A DNA stretch of 63,986 nt, the filler included, from Streblomastix strix (Eukaryota), in NCBI GenBank assembly GCA_008636045.1. It is 3 parts of 3 records of this genome, joined end to end, with 100 filler letters (N's around TTAATTAATTAA, not from the genome) between each part and the next. Parts side by side here need not be neighbours in the genome. Positions count along the whole stretch, not along the records: positions 42,969 to 63,986 come from SNRW01000400.1; 2 more parts are not named here. One strand, given 5' to 3'. The notes under the pieces were generated by a model. The model worked only from the letters and a program-made list of their open reading frames with translations. It searched no databases and was not told where the DNA came from. The position numbers and the translations under genes were made by a program. Below, piece by piece: positions 50,516-63,169 of this stretch. Numbering within the stretch: position 1 is the stretch's first letter; every line of letters starts with the position of its first letter.

Positions 50516-52959
50516 ATGGATGTTACTTAAATTCATGATGAAACATTATTTGGAAATAGTAGATAATATAAAGTTGGATTAGAAGAATATGTTCAAAACA
50601 TTAACTAACAAATCAGTATTATAAATATCGCACCGGAATCATATAGCAAAGAGTAGTCGGATAGTCTCTTATTCCTGGAATCGGATAAAACTGAACTAAT
50701 TGATTCATATTCCAAGACAGAATATGATGTTCTCTTATTACTGAAAGCTGATAAATCAAATACTTGTACAAAAACAGAAACTGATACAATGCTAGATGAA
50801 AATGCTGATAAAACTGATATTTATACAAAGACAGATAACGATGCACTCTTATTCTTGAAAACTGATAAATTTGAACTAATTGATGCATATTCTAAATCAG
50901 AAGACGATACTATTCTATTAATGAAAGCTAATGTTACAGATATTGTGGACAGTTATTCCAATATTGAAAATGATGCTCTATAACTATTGAAAGCTAATGT
51001 TGCTGATTTAACTAGTTATGTTGATTTAACTTCAGCTTAAACAATATCAGGATAAAAATAATTCGGTGTAATTAGTGCTTCAAGCATATCAAAATTGAAT
51101 AAAAATGATGAGTCTATTCTTCTTGCTGGAGAAGGAGATATATTGGTTAATTCATTAATAACACAACCATAATTATATGATGTTAGAGATATTGCAACAG
51201 GAAAGTCGTAAGCTTATGTATTCTCAACATAAGGGGAGTTGAATCACTGGATGGCTGTTCAGGAGAATAATGTAAAACTAGCGTTTGGAGATAATTTTTA
51301 TATTTTTGATAAAGAAGTTATAGATTATTGATGGGATGGAACAGACTTAAAAGTACTAGAAACAGAATTACCTGATATGAGTAATGTTATAACAACTCTA
51401 GGAGCTGCAGCTTGAGGAGGTAATGCAATAACTGATATACAAATTGATGAAAACACATTAACTCTAGCTAAAATTAAAAATTTTGCTGATACAGTTTATA
51501 ATCAAAGTATTAGAGTTTAAAAGACATTTAAAACAACAATTCATTCATTTGGAATAATGATTAATACTTATGTTAATTCAAGCGTTATTTGAGCAGGAGG
51601 GGGAGGTAGATCAATTGTGGATATTTAAAGTCCTTCCTATAATAGAAGTGAAACTTATGCCGGAGACGAAGTCTAAACTAAATTGGAGGATGATGCACTC
51701 TAATTATTGAAAGATGATAAGATGTAACTGATTGATTCACCCTGCAAAAGTGAAACTTATGCCAGAAACGAAGTCTATACAAAAGGTGAAACAAAAAAAA
51801 ACTTATTGAATAATAAAGCAGATACCGAAATTTCTTATAGCAAAAGTGAAATTTATGCCAGATACGAAGTCTATTCAGAAGATGAGGATAATGCACTCTT
51901 AATATTGAAAGCAGACAAAACATAATTGATTGATTCTTATTTAAATTTGAAACAAATAATCTCATAGATAATAAAGCAAATTAATAAACTAGATATAGCA
52001 AAAGTGGAACTTATGCCAGAGACAACGTCTATATCAAGACAGAAACTAATCAGCTAATATCACAGATTGATGTTGGAGATGATTATTTGACTTATTATTA
52101 TAGTAAAACAAAAATAGATGAATTATTAGACGAAAATGCAGATGCAACCGAATTATCTAATTATATGACCTTAGATACTGCATAAACAATAAAAGTGAAT
52201 AAGACATTCAATAATGCCTGTAGATTCATAAGTTCTGTAGATGGAATGTCAGCGGTAACTGGTTCGCCATTTGTTAAATCTGGTGCTGATGATACTGTAG
52301 TTTAACTTGGAGCTGGAGGAATAAAACTAATCTCTGAGTTCAATGCCTCAATTGATGATTCAAATTATGTAAAAAAGTACGATTATGTATAAGACATTTA
52401 AGGTATCTTACGAAAAACAACACTAGGCTAACAATTTCTAGAGCTAACAGATGCTAATTATATAACATTAGGATCTGTGAAAAATGAATTCGTTTCATCT
52501 ATCTATAGCAGTTCAATTAGTGGTAATATAACCGCAATATAATTTATAAAATCAGGTGGTACAGATCAATAAGTATTATTAGCGAATGGGACTACAGAAC
52601 CACTTTCTGAATTAGGAAGTGGTGGAGTAACTGTTAAAGATTTGACTAAGCAAGTATTAATTAATGAAACTGTTACTAGCTTCAAATATTCGTCTCTAGC
52701 ATTTGTAAAATTAGGTAATTTATATTTGTATCAGATATAAGTTAATCCAAAATAAGAAAGCTTTGCACCAAGTATGAAAATCAAAAAGGGAACTTTGCCA
52801 ACTTTAATCGCTCCAACTGCAAGTGAATTATGTATGGCTGTAGGCGGACCATATGATGGTTTTAAACCTCATATTTCAAATACTGGAGAAATTAGATGTT
52901 ATACTGTTAGATCATGTTAGATTGAATAAATAAGCTTTTCTGGGATATATGTTAAATGA
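50516..52959 (+). pseudogene. Virion fibre with ~22-aa repeats
   Basis: (DSYSKTExDALLLLKADKTELI)n, TAQTIxxxKTF, FIKSGGTDQQVLLANGT, beta-rich head ending GIYVK*; several lesions. Confidence 0.75.
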
Positions 52960-53079
52960 AGTTATAGATCGATTATTATTACCTATCAACCAAGTCTATT
53001 ATTACTAATCCTGAAAGGATGTAAGATTTCGTATTAGCTGAAAGTTAGACAACTTTGTTGTTTATTTTTTGACTATAAA

Positions 53080-54696
53080 ATGAGCAATGTATACATAGAT
53101 GAAGCATTATTAGAAGCCGCAGGACAATCAGAATTCCCTGAATAATACGCTTATATTCATGAACGTGAGCCTAAACCGATTGTTGACGGGATAGCTAATC
53201 AAATCATTGTTGGACCATAATATCTTCAAGATTAAGTGATAGATAAGGACGATAAATTAAATGTATAACCAATTCCATAATCTATTGTACCTATTGAAAT
53301 ACCATAAGTTCAAATATTTAAGATTCCTAAGAGGTAATTAGCACCTAATGTATAAATATATAATCCTGCTAATAAATACTTCTATTTCTATAAGCTGAGA
53401 AACAAAGTTGTATATAACATTGGACTTAATCTAAACAATGATTTCATGGGCTTTGTATTCACTGACTTTCCTGAAGAATTGTGGCAATTTAGCATATATG
53501 CATTAGTGTTAGGAGATGATGTTAGACATAAACAGGATGTAATGGGATATATTAGTGAAAAAGGATTTTATTTAGGTGTCTCAATTGGAAGTGTTGATTA
53601 AGTTACATCAATTAAAGGAAATACTCATATTGCAATTGCAGGTGTTTACTGTACGTATTATGAGCCATTAAAGAGAGCAACTAGAGATGCAAATGGCGAT
53701 GGGAAGATTAATATAATTGAAGACTGGCATATCAATTCTATTATTGATAGAATGAAATCAATGTCATGGGTATAAGATGTTGTGTAAAAATAGATGGAAG
53801 CAATTGATGATGGAATTCAACCATATGATCCAAGTTAGCCTGTTTCACTATCTAACTATTTAAATAGCAATACTAAATTAGTGAATAATAATACATTCGG
53901 TCCACTTAGAGCTGCTTATTTTGTTAAAGAGGGACCAATATGTACGTTTAATTTCCAAGCAGAAGTTAGTAACTAACATGTAAGTAATGTATTCAAAGTA
54001 TTTTAAACAACCGCTTCTGATTTATAACATAGATTAACTAAATTCTTCCCAATAAATACCTCCTATACATCATTCGCTGGCATGATATAGACTAATGGAA
54101 ATGACACTCCAGATGTTGTTGCGAATTAAGGATTAGGCTACTATCCTATGGGTTTATGTGATTTTAGTGGAAATTGTTTAATTGATCCACAGCCATAAGA
54201 ATCAAATTAGAATAACATAACATCAAATGGATTACCAATTTCTCATATAGATAAAGTTATTAGGTAACATAATACCTTTCCTTCTGTTCCAATTCCAACA
54301 TCAGCATTTCTATAATATACAGTAGCAGAAGTTTCAAGAGATTAGTTATTTGCATTAGTTTACACACCATATGACTTAGATGAATTTAAGATTTAAATTA
54401 TTGATGATACTGTTAATAAATTAACCATGTTCAATATACATTTGAGATAGAAATGGTTTATTGAAACTGAGCAGGATGTACTTAGTATGAGTTAGTCAAT
54501 AGATCCAAAAAGAACAATATTGTTTTCAGTTATGATATTATATGACTTCAACACTGATCCCATCTAATACATTCCTTCAGCCTATCTCACGGTTGCTGAT
54601 ACAGATTATCCTGTTCGCTGGTATAATTATATATCGCCAGAATTAAAAGCTGATAAGTTTGTTAATTATTATATTAGTGGAAGTTACTTTGTATGA
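53080..54696 (+). CDS. Intact 538-aa putative virion/receptor-binding protein
   Basis: Uninterrupted with TAR=Gln; beta-rich, DANGDGKINIIED loop, ends ISGSYFV*. Confidence 0.7.
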
Positions 54697-54743
54697 ACTT
54701 AATGCAAATCAGTATCTAAAGATGATTATTTTTCGTAAATGAA

Positions 54744-55169
54744 ATGGCTGAAATCTTTCATAAAATCAAATAAATTGCGCAAAAATCTGGTGAAGGAGCA
54801 AATTGAGCAAATTAACATATATATAAAAAAATTTAACCGTTTGTTAATGCATTATAGCCACCTATAATTAATAAAGGCTTATAAGCTGCATCACGTGGTT
54901 TAGATGCAACATATGCAAATTATTTTTAAGATTGAATAATGAACTTGGCTAATTTTAGAAATGATGTAAGAGATTTCATCGATGAACCTAGAGTAAGATA
55001 GACAATTGAAAATAATAGATATGTAAGACTTCATCCGAATATCTCAAGAAATATAAATAGAAATATACGAACTCATCTTATAATTCCAAGTAATTAAACT
55101 ATAAACGGAAATCAATGCAATGCAACTTCTCCATACAGTATTCAAGAAGTTGGTGAAGAAGATTTTTGA
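54744..55169 (+). pseudogene. Small protein with amphipathic N-terminus upstream of the MCP
   Basis: MAEIFHKIKQIAQKSG...IINKGLQAASRGLD; lesions. Confidence 0.5.
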
Positions 55170-55202
55170 AAACAATTAGTTTCAAAGTTTAACATATTAC
55201 AC

Positions 55203-56945
55203 ATGATTAGTTTATTTTTGCTTCAAATAAAACATGAACTGCTTTCTCAATAAGTCAATGCATTTACAAAACTCGAAACAATTGAAGCAACATTGAAAAG
55301 CAATTCTGTTGATGCATTTAGATATGATGGAGAACACCATTATTCAATCAAAGAAATCAAACCTGAGAGCCAAATACCAGCATTATTTGATAAAGAAATT
55401 ATAATTAGTTTATCTGATTCAGATCATGATATAACATAAATTTAGAATTTATTCCTTTCAATAGTACTTACAGCTAATGTATAGTTTGATCACAAATTTG
55501 AAGGATCTGAAGAATATAATAAAGATGGAACTGTATTATTGATTGGATTAAAATCTACTACTCAAATTATAAGAGAATATACTATTTATCATAGAACGCG
55601 CACTATTGATGGAACATTATATAACGATTCAACTACTGAATAATTTATCTATAACACTGTTAAGCCAAGAAGTGAGAAAATTAATTGAAAACATATTCAT
55701 TCATTGTATGAAAATATCCATAAATTTGATATGTCAGCTTGTGGAACCTATGTAACAATGATAGATATAGAAGATGCAATTAAAGATTAAGTTTCTGTTC
55801 CTTACACTATGCCTATAAGATTTAGATTATCAATTCCATTAGATGATATCCTTATATTTAGTGGATTTACTGACTATCCTAATTCACTATTCGGTGATTT
55901 GAAAATTAAATTTAAAACAAATCCTAACGCATTCGTATTTGCATTAGTGAACTCAATAATTTCTACAGCAAAATACTAAACTATGAATAAGACAGATCCT
56001 ATGGCTAGCGGACCTGATAAATTGAAGAATATTGATGTACTCTTTAGAAATTGGAGTCTTTGATATCAATATACAAAGTAATTTATTCAAATGGAGTGTT
56101 CAGCAGATCTCATTTCAAAAATAAGTATTGAATAAATAACAGATAGTGGATTGAAGAATTTGATATGTAGTATCAGTCCTGTGACATTATCAATAATAAA
56201 TTACGTTGTAACTGAAGTGACTGCAAATATGAGGGGATATAAGGCAACAGATGACTGTTTTTAGAGAGTACGTGATTTCTATGCTAATAAACCATTTGTT
56301 GTATCAGCTTAAAAAGTTGAAGCTTGGTTATTTCCATCATGCGCTACTACAATTGGAATAAGAACTTCATAAAATATTCCACTATTACATGTTTCTGATT
56401 TATGCTTGCTATTTCTTAAAGATGCTAGAGCAACAACTTGTTATGAAAATCCGTGCTATCATAATATGTAAGATTCCATTTGTGGAAGAAATTTCCCTAA
56501 TCTGTCAATAAGTACACTTGATTAATAATTCTTTCAAATGCAATTGAATGCATTAAATTTTGATTTACTATTCGAAGAAACTGATGAATTCGAAGATGCT
56601 TTGACTACACCAAGAAACACTGCTTCAAGGAGATTGAATCCTCACATTGATCTGACTTTTTTCATGATCACTTTATTATGTGAAAGGAATAATAATGGTG
56701 CCCTAACATTTGATGGATTAAATACTCAGAATTAAAATGTGTAAATAGAATTAAGAGGAGACCCAATTTATCAAGGAGATACTAATAGTTATTTTAATGT
56801 TGATCTAATGGGTAAGAGACAACCTCATCCAATTCTATGCACAATTCACGACTCATTCTGGTTATTTGGATCTACTAATGGAGGATCGTGTGTTTATGAT
56901 GTTAATAACACATTTGATGAAATGATAAGTTCGATTGAAGGATGA
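55203..56945 (+). pseudogene. Major capsid protein (putative double jelly-roll)
   Basis: ~580 codons in one frame, beta-rich; IGLKSTTQIIREY, SIPLDDILIFSGFTDYPNSLFGDLKIKF; position before penton and ATPase; two TGAs. Confidence 0.75.
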
Positions 56946-56971
56946 AAAATAGAATTATTTTTGAATGTAAA

Positions 56972-57342
56972 ATGATCCCAGATCTTACCAGAAAATAAAT
57001 GATAATAACTTAAAATTCAACCATATAAACTGATGAAGGAGTTAATCAATTTCAATTACCTGTAGAATTTGCCACATCCAAATATAATAGTGAGATAATA
57101 TTTGTATAATGTAGACCAAATAAATAATTAATTGGTTAAGATCTTTATTTATATGCTTCATTTTCGTAAGATGATAAAGATAATGATTAGTATGTAAATA
57201 GATGTGATGAATAATACTCCAAGAAACACTTTCGTCAATTGAATCATGATAGAAGTGTATGATTTTGGTTTATAATATAGATGGTGAATTAGTTGATTAA
57301 AATAACATATCATTTATACTTGAAATCTATTTAGTATTTTGA
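56972..57342 (+). pseudogene. Minor capsid (penton-like single jelly-roll) protein
   Basis: C-terminal FWF.NIDGELVD...SFILEIYLVF* pattern; follows the MCP. Confidence 0.6.
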
Positions 57343-57379
57343 TTAAACATTATGATTTTGTTTCAAATAAAACGAGTTG

Positions 57380-57737
57380 AGAAATATTTGACAGAAAAAA
57401 GAAGATAATTAATAAATTGAACAATAATCTACCATAATTGAAGATACTGGAGAAGTATTCACCTGAGTTAGTAACATTTGATACGGTTGATGAGTTCAAA
57501 TAGTATCTTGTATTGAATAAGAAATCAATGGATTAAATGAATACATAGAAATTAAATAAGACATTTAAAGTCAAAGGGTATTGTATTACTAAGCTCTAAG
57601 GAGTGATTTCTTTGAGAAAATGTAACTCAAACAATGAAAAAATAGATCCCCTTTAGACAAATAATGATTAACTGGATAAATTATTTAGTGTATTAATTGA
57701 TAAGGAAATTATTTCAATTGAATATTTATATGAAGAA
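57380..57737 (+). pseudogene. Hypothetical Maverick-type protein
   Basis: TFDTVDEFKQYL..NKKSMDQMNTQKLNKTFKVKGYCITKLQG. Confidence 0.45.
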
Positions 57738-58622
57738 TCATTAGTCTAATATCGTTATTTTTGATCCGTCATTACAAAATTGTATTATTAAGGCTTATCT
57801 CTTTGTTAATTATATGAATTTTTCCCAAACGTTATCTTTATCAAATGGTATAGAAGATTAATAATAAAATTAGTTAAATTTCTATTTATTGGATTAACTG
57901 AAAAAGTATATTGTATCTACATTTGATTTTATATTTACTTCAAGTCCAATTATTTCCTAAAAACATAGAAAATAAGTGATTCTTGGCTATCCATTCTTGA
58001 GTAGCATTTTAATTAAATATAATTGTTTATTTTTGTATAGTGACATTGAATCATCAAATAGAACTAAAGTATGAAAATATTTCATTTTGAAATTATATGC
58101 GCCGATTACAGTCAGTATATCCTGTTTTGAATCTGATGTAAGTTAATTTATTAGATGGTTCTCTATTATTATTTCATAAGCTGTTTTAGCATCAATTAGG
58201 TCATTAATCACCCCATCAATCTCACCGTAAGTAACAATTTTTGTCGGAATGTTGATTAAAGTACTCATCTTATTATATGTTTAATCGTTATTGCTATCAG
58301 TAACATATATAAATAATGTATAACAGCTCTTAACATAACTCAATTTGATTAATTCTTTGAATACATTATATGACTTACCACTTCTTTTCTATCCTATAAG
58401 TAAGTTAATAGAATTATTTATAAAATTAATTTTTTTGTGAATTGTACTTTATGCCTCATGTATATTAGTGACTTAACTCTCTAGTAATTCATTTACATAT
58501 TTGGTCAACAAATATCTTGTCTTTTATTTCTAGTTGAAACTAAGGATTGATATGCAGTTGATATCTATTTTTTTGCTTGAACTAAAAACAACAAGAAATT
58601 TAAACAGGTTAATAAAGTTCAT
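57738..58622 (-). CDS. A32-like packaging ATPase (5' end uncertain)
   Basis: INLLIGQKRSGKSY (Walker A), TLVLFDDS (Walker B), ITYFLCFQ, IKSNVDTIYFF. Confidence 0.85.
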
Positions 58623-58716
58623 CTTCAGCACCATCTATATCTCAAAGATTAGGACATATTTCTCGTACTAGACAAAGATAGACAGAAACAGATTTTTATA
58701 CATATAAAGTATTAGT

Positions 58717-59773
58717 ATGACCTAAACACACAAATAACAAATAATTTGCACAAAGAGCAAAAGATTTTTAGTCACTGAATGATGATAAAGATTATTAAAG
58801 ATATACTGAATTAGCAAAAGGTAACCGAAATAAGATATTTGCGCAACCTAGGCAGTAATAAAATGATCCTCTAATGGATTTGATTGATAGGAATAAAAAT
58901 ATTCAATTCAAGAAAATGTGGTCAAATCCACTTTCATTCGAAGAATGATAGAAGAGTAGAAAAAATCCTAGATAATAGAAATGGATTGGATCTAATGAAG
59001 ATATTAATGGTGATAAATTTCCAGAGTTTGTTGTTCGTGATGATAGAAGATTTATTCAATCAGCAAACGGACTTAGAATTACAGTTCTATTTAAGCGCCA
59101 AAGAGTGATTAAATTTTTCAGCAAAAATCCAACAAATGCGGAAAGCTAAGAGAGGTATTATTAATAATGGAAAGATGAAGATAAACCAGCAGATGGTTTC
59201 AGACATTTCATTAAACATTTTCTATCTCCATTCTTGAAAGGGCGTAGTTATTCAGTAGGTTAAGTATATTCAATTATTGGAAATAGGATATGGAAAGGAG
59301 TTATTGCTCCATGGTTATTGTAATATTAAGATAAATCATATTATGAATAATCATTTATTGAGGATGATAAAATTACTCAATCAATATATAAGAAATTAAG
59401 TAAAGCAATAAAATAGGCCTATATTCAATATTTCATAACTAATTATAGTTAATAAAGAGATAATTAAATGATGAAACTAATATAAGTAAGTTACGCAGCG
59501 TTTTGAAATAATAATCTAGGTGAAATTTATGATGATACAAATGTTGATTGAGATGACATATTTACTATTCCAACAAAATAGACAATTAAAAAGGCAAAAT
59601 AGAGAAGAGATGAGAAAAGAGCTAGAGAATAGAGATCATATGAATCGGATATGGCAAAAATAAAAGCAAGTAAAAATCCTAAATTTATTGAAGGAAAGAC
59701 ATTATCAAATGCAAGACTACTACTATATGAATTCTAAAATGAATTAGATAATTTTGTTGCTTAGAATGAGTGA
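58717..59773 (+). pseudogene. Hypothetical viral protein with DINGD loop
   Basis: EDINGDKFPEFVVRDD...SANGLRIT; frameshifts. Confidence 0.5.
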
Positions 59774-60139
59774 AAATTATTAGCGTTTAAGCCAGCTTTC
59801 TTTTGAAAGTTATTAGTTATTATTAATTATTATTTTTAATTTCAATGACATGAAACTAATCGGCTCGAATCTTGTTTACATAAAAGAATAAGGTAAGGTA
59901 AGATTAATTGGTAATATTCCTTTTGATAATTTTCATAAAATATAGATATCAAAAAACTGCTCACTTTTAACACATCATTAATTGGATTACAATAAACAAA
60001 ATATTGAAAATATTTGTGGAGCAGAACAGATAAATTCTATTTGTGAAATGTAAACAATTAGTAAAGAGTAACACAAATTACGGAAACAACACATAAAAAA
60101 TTGATGTTTATTCTAAAAAGAAATATAAGGTGAATGATT

Positions 60140-60330
60140 ATATTTTTTTTGTTGATATATATTTAACAATTCGATACATTTTTTGTACCATTTGGCTAGC
60201 ATTTATGCTGTCAACGAAGTTGTCATATTAACTAACAATATGTGCAGATGTTCATAGTCATTTAAAGTGGACGAAAATTGCTATTTTTTATACGAAAAAT
60301 ATAGACTTCCAAAATTTTTATATATTATCT
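60140..60330. repeat. Right TIR
   Basis: Reverse complement of 45295-45488. Confidence 0.9.
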
Positions 60331-61799
60331 CTAATGTTTCGAAAATTATTAAATCCATCCAATTAAATTTTCATGACATTGGAATACAATTGGAACCCCT
60401 GCAAAAAATTTGAGGTTTGAAAAAATTGCAAATATTATGATAAAAATTGACACAATGAGGCCCATCTAGACAGATATCTGCGCATTTTTTCGAATTATTC
60501 CATGTATGTCTATATATTCTATTTTAAATTTCATTTTGTTACAAAATATAATGATTATTTTCAATATTTTATATTATATTATTTGATCGATAACCACTGT
60601 TGAGATGACATATTTCAGTGATTTCTTCGTTAATGCACACATTCATGATGTAAATTGTTATTGATTTATAACTGTTTTTGATAATAGTCACAAATTATTT
60701 AGCAAAATTTCAGTTAAATCGCCCTCTACTAATTTGATAATTATATTAATACACAATTACTATTCACTCTCATAGTTCTCATAAACTCTTTAAATATAGA
60801 ATATAATTAATCGTTTTTATAAAATTCCCACAATTTAATAATATTTATATACAATTCCAATTTAAACTAAAATTTTCTTATTTCATCGATTATTTATCTT
60901 TATTTTTATTTACTTCTGAAATTTTATTTATTAATTCTATTTAATTCATCTCAGAGATAATTTTGAAGGTTTTCATTTTTTTGAATGAATGAATCATATC
61001 ACAACGTATGATAATTAATAAATTTTTCGTATATTTACATAATATATCATATGATATATTATCATTTATTTATGTTTATTAAAATTTCTTTCTCTTTCAG
61101 TTGATGAATGCAAAAATTTATCCAAAAATCTTTTTCAACCAATTTCTGTGATTTCTATTTTTATTTTTAACTGATTTTCTTTAATTTTTATTTATTAAAT
61201 TCAGTTTCTAAATATTTTCATTTTAAATAATTAAATTCGGAAGAGATCCTTCGTTTTATTTATCAAATTATGCATATAGGAAAATGTTAGGATTGAATTC
61301 AGTTATATTTCGATTTTGTTAAAATTTTGAAATTCTTTTCATTATTTACGCTAATATTGCTGAAATAAACATTTTGTGATATTTATTAATAGAACCTGGA
61401 ATCACAACAAATGTTCCAATAAATCCCTACTAAAAATATAATGGATGAGTATTTACTGTGGAAATAATTGCAAATTTGCGATCATTTGCAGCTATCTCCA
61501 GAGGAAACTCATGTTTCACCTCTTTATTTTGAGATTGACAAATGGGCCGCTGGGTCTGGGTGCCCTGTTGAGCTGCCCATCCCTATGGGTCGTCCATGTA
61601 TAAAAATACAATAGAAAACATTAAAAATTACTGCTTGAAGTGCAAATACTAGTTTTCTGTGGCTAAGAAGTCCCAGACGAGATGATAAAGAAAAGTATTC
61701 GAATGATTTGAGGGTAAAAAATTAAAAGAGAAACCTTCTCCCCTTAGTTTCATCTTGTAGGAGTGAACAAAAGAAAAATTTTGTTCTAAAATTTTGTAT

Positions 61800-63160
61800 G
61801 ATATTTATAAAAAACTCCACAATGACACATTCTCATTCATAACTTCTCATTCATCATTTCTAAGCTTCAGCAGATGCTGTTCGTTCAGAATCCGTTGTCA
61901 TACTTGAGTTTTGAGTTTCTTCATGCGGTTCCACGTCTAAACAATCTTTCTACATTTTTGATTTCAAACCTTTTGCATTCTCGTGATCGTTAATAAACTC
62001 AGCTTCAACGAAGGGTTGAGTCGAAATAATCGGGAGGGAAAGAGGTAAAGCAAGAGTCTCCTATGGAAATAAATACGAAACATCTCCTAAAGTAGATTAT
62101 TGTAGAACATCTCCTTCGGCGACTCTTGCTCCACCCATTTATTTTGAGATAATCTAAGTAGCTTGCTTCTCGCCGTGATTCTTTACAAGTGCAGATGCTA
62201 TGAATTCCTGTTCCTTGTTTACAGCGAAAATATAGTACTCATTATTCATTTTTGAATCTGGTAAATTGTGTGTAAAGATTTTTATTGTTCTCCAATCAAA
62301 CTCTGAGCTGCTAGTTCTGTAGAAGATGCATTTTTAATGGAGTTTGTAGTTGCATTTTGTACTCCAAGTATTTGAACAAGTCTTTCAAGACATATACTAT
62401 TGTATCTCTGGTCAGCTCGCTTCCAATTCTCAGTCCAGAATAATTGTATGAAATCTGTTGAACCTTATTAGAAGTGTTCTCTAAGTCTTTCTAACCAAAT
62501 AAAAAGGTTGTATCTGTTGGATACACTCTAGGATCTTCTGTTCTTCTTACATCATATCTCTCTCTTCCAAGATTGTTTAGGTGGGATGCAAACTGCTGCA
62601 GTCTGTTCTCCATGATTTATAATCGATACAGATAAATCTATATTTGCCATCTCTTCTTTTCCAACAAAACATAAAGATATTAAAAATGAAGCTAACTTTG
62701 TTCGTAGTTCTTAATTCGGGAGGAGATTACTTTCACGTCTCTCTAACCGATACTCATTCGGTTTATTGATGTCACAGGTACTCCAATATCTCGGATTATT
62801 AAACTGGTGTTTTGAAATTGTATTTGCGGTAAGTCTCAACGCAGTTGCGGAGACTTATACTGTTCGAAATATGAAAGAATGCATTTTGTTGAGTACTGAT
62901 GCATGATATTTTGCTAATGATGGCTTTGCTTTCTTTGTTTTTGTTAATCATGTCATGAATTCAGTGCGTGTAAATGGAATCTTTTTGCTCATAATGTCTT
63001 CGACTATGAAATTCTTTTCCTTCGTCCAATCGTCAAATACTCCCATTGTTTACATATATTTCTTCTGATTGTTGTACTTTTATCCTTCTATTATCATTTG
63101 TTGGGTTTCTCCAGCCATGATCACGTTGTCTAGGAATTCAATTAATAATTTTCTTCCTTG
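61800..63160 (-). pseudogene. DIRS tyrosine recombinase ORF
   Basis: SAM-like N-terminus, ASFLISLCF, LFW, ASSTELAAQ, FTHNLPDSKMNNEYYIF; frameshifts. Confidence 0.75.
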
Positions 63161-63169
63161 TTCAACTCT

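Larger units (their letters stand above)
45295..60330. mobile_element. TIR-bounded ~15 kb endogenous Polinton/Maverick-like virus
   Basis: ~190-bp diverged inverted repeats enclosing PolB, integrase, fibre, capsid and ATPase genes. Confidence 0.9.

Noticed and set aside
60335..61530. Short coding-like segments right of the TIR
   Set aside because: Fragmentary; no family or consistent frame identified
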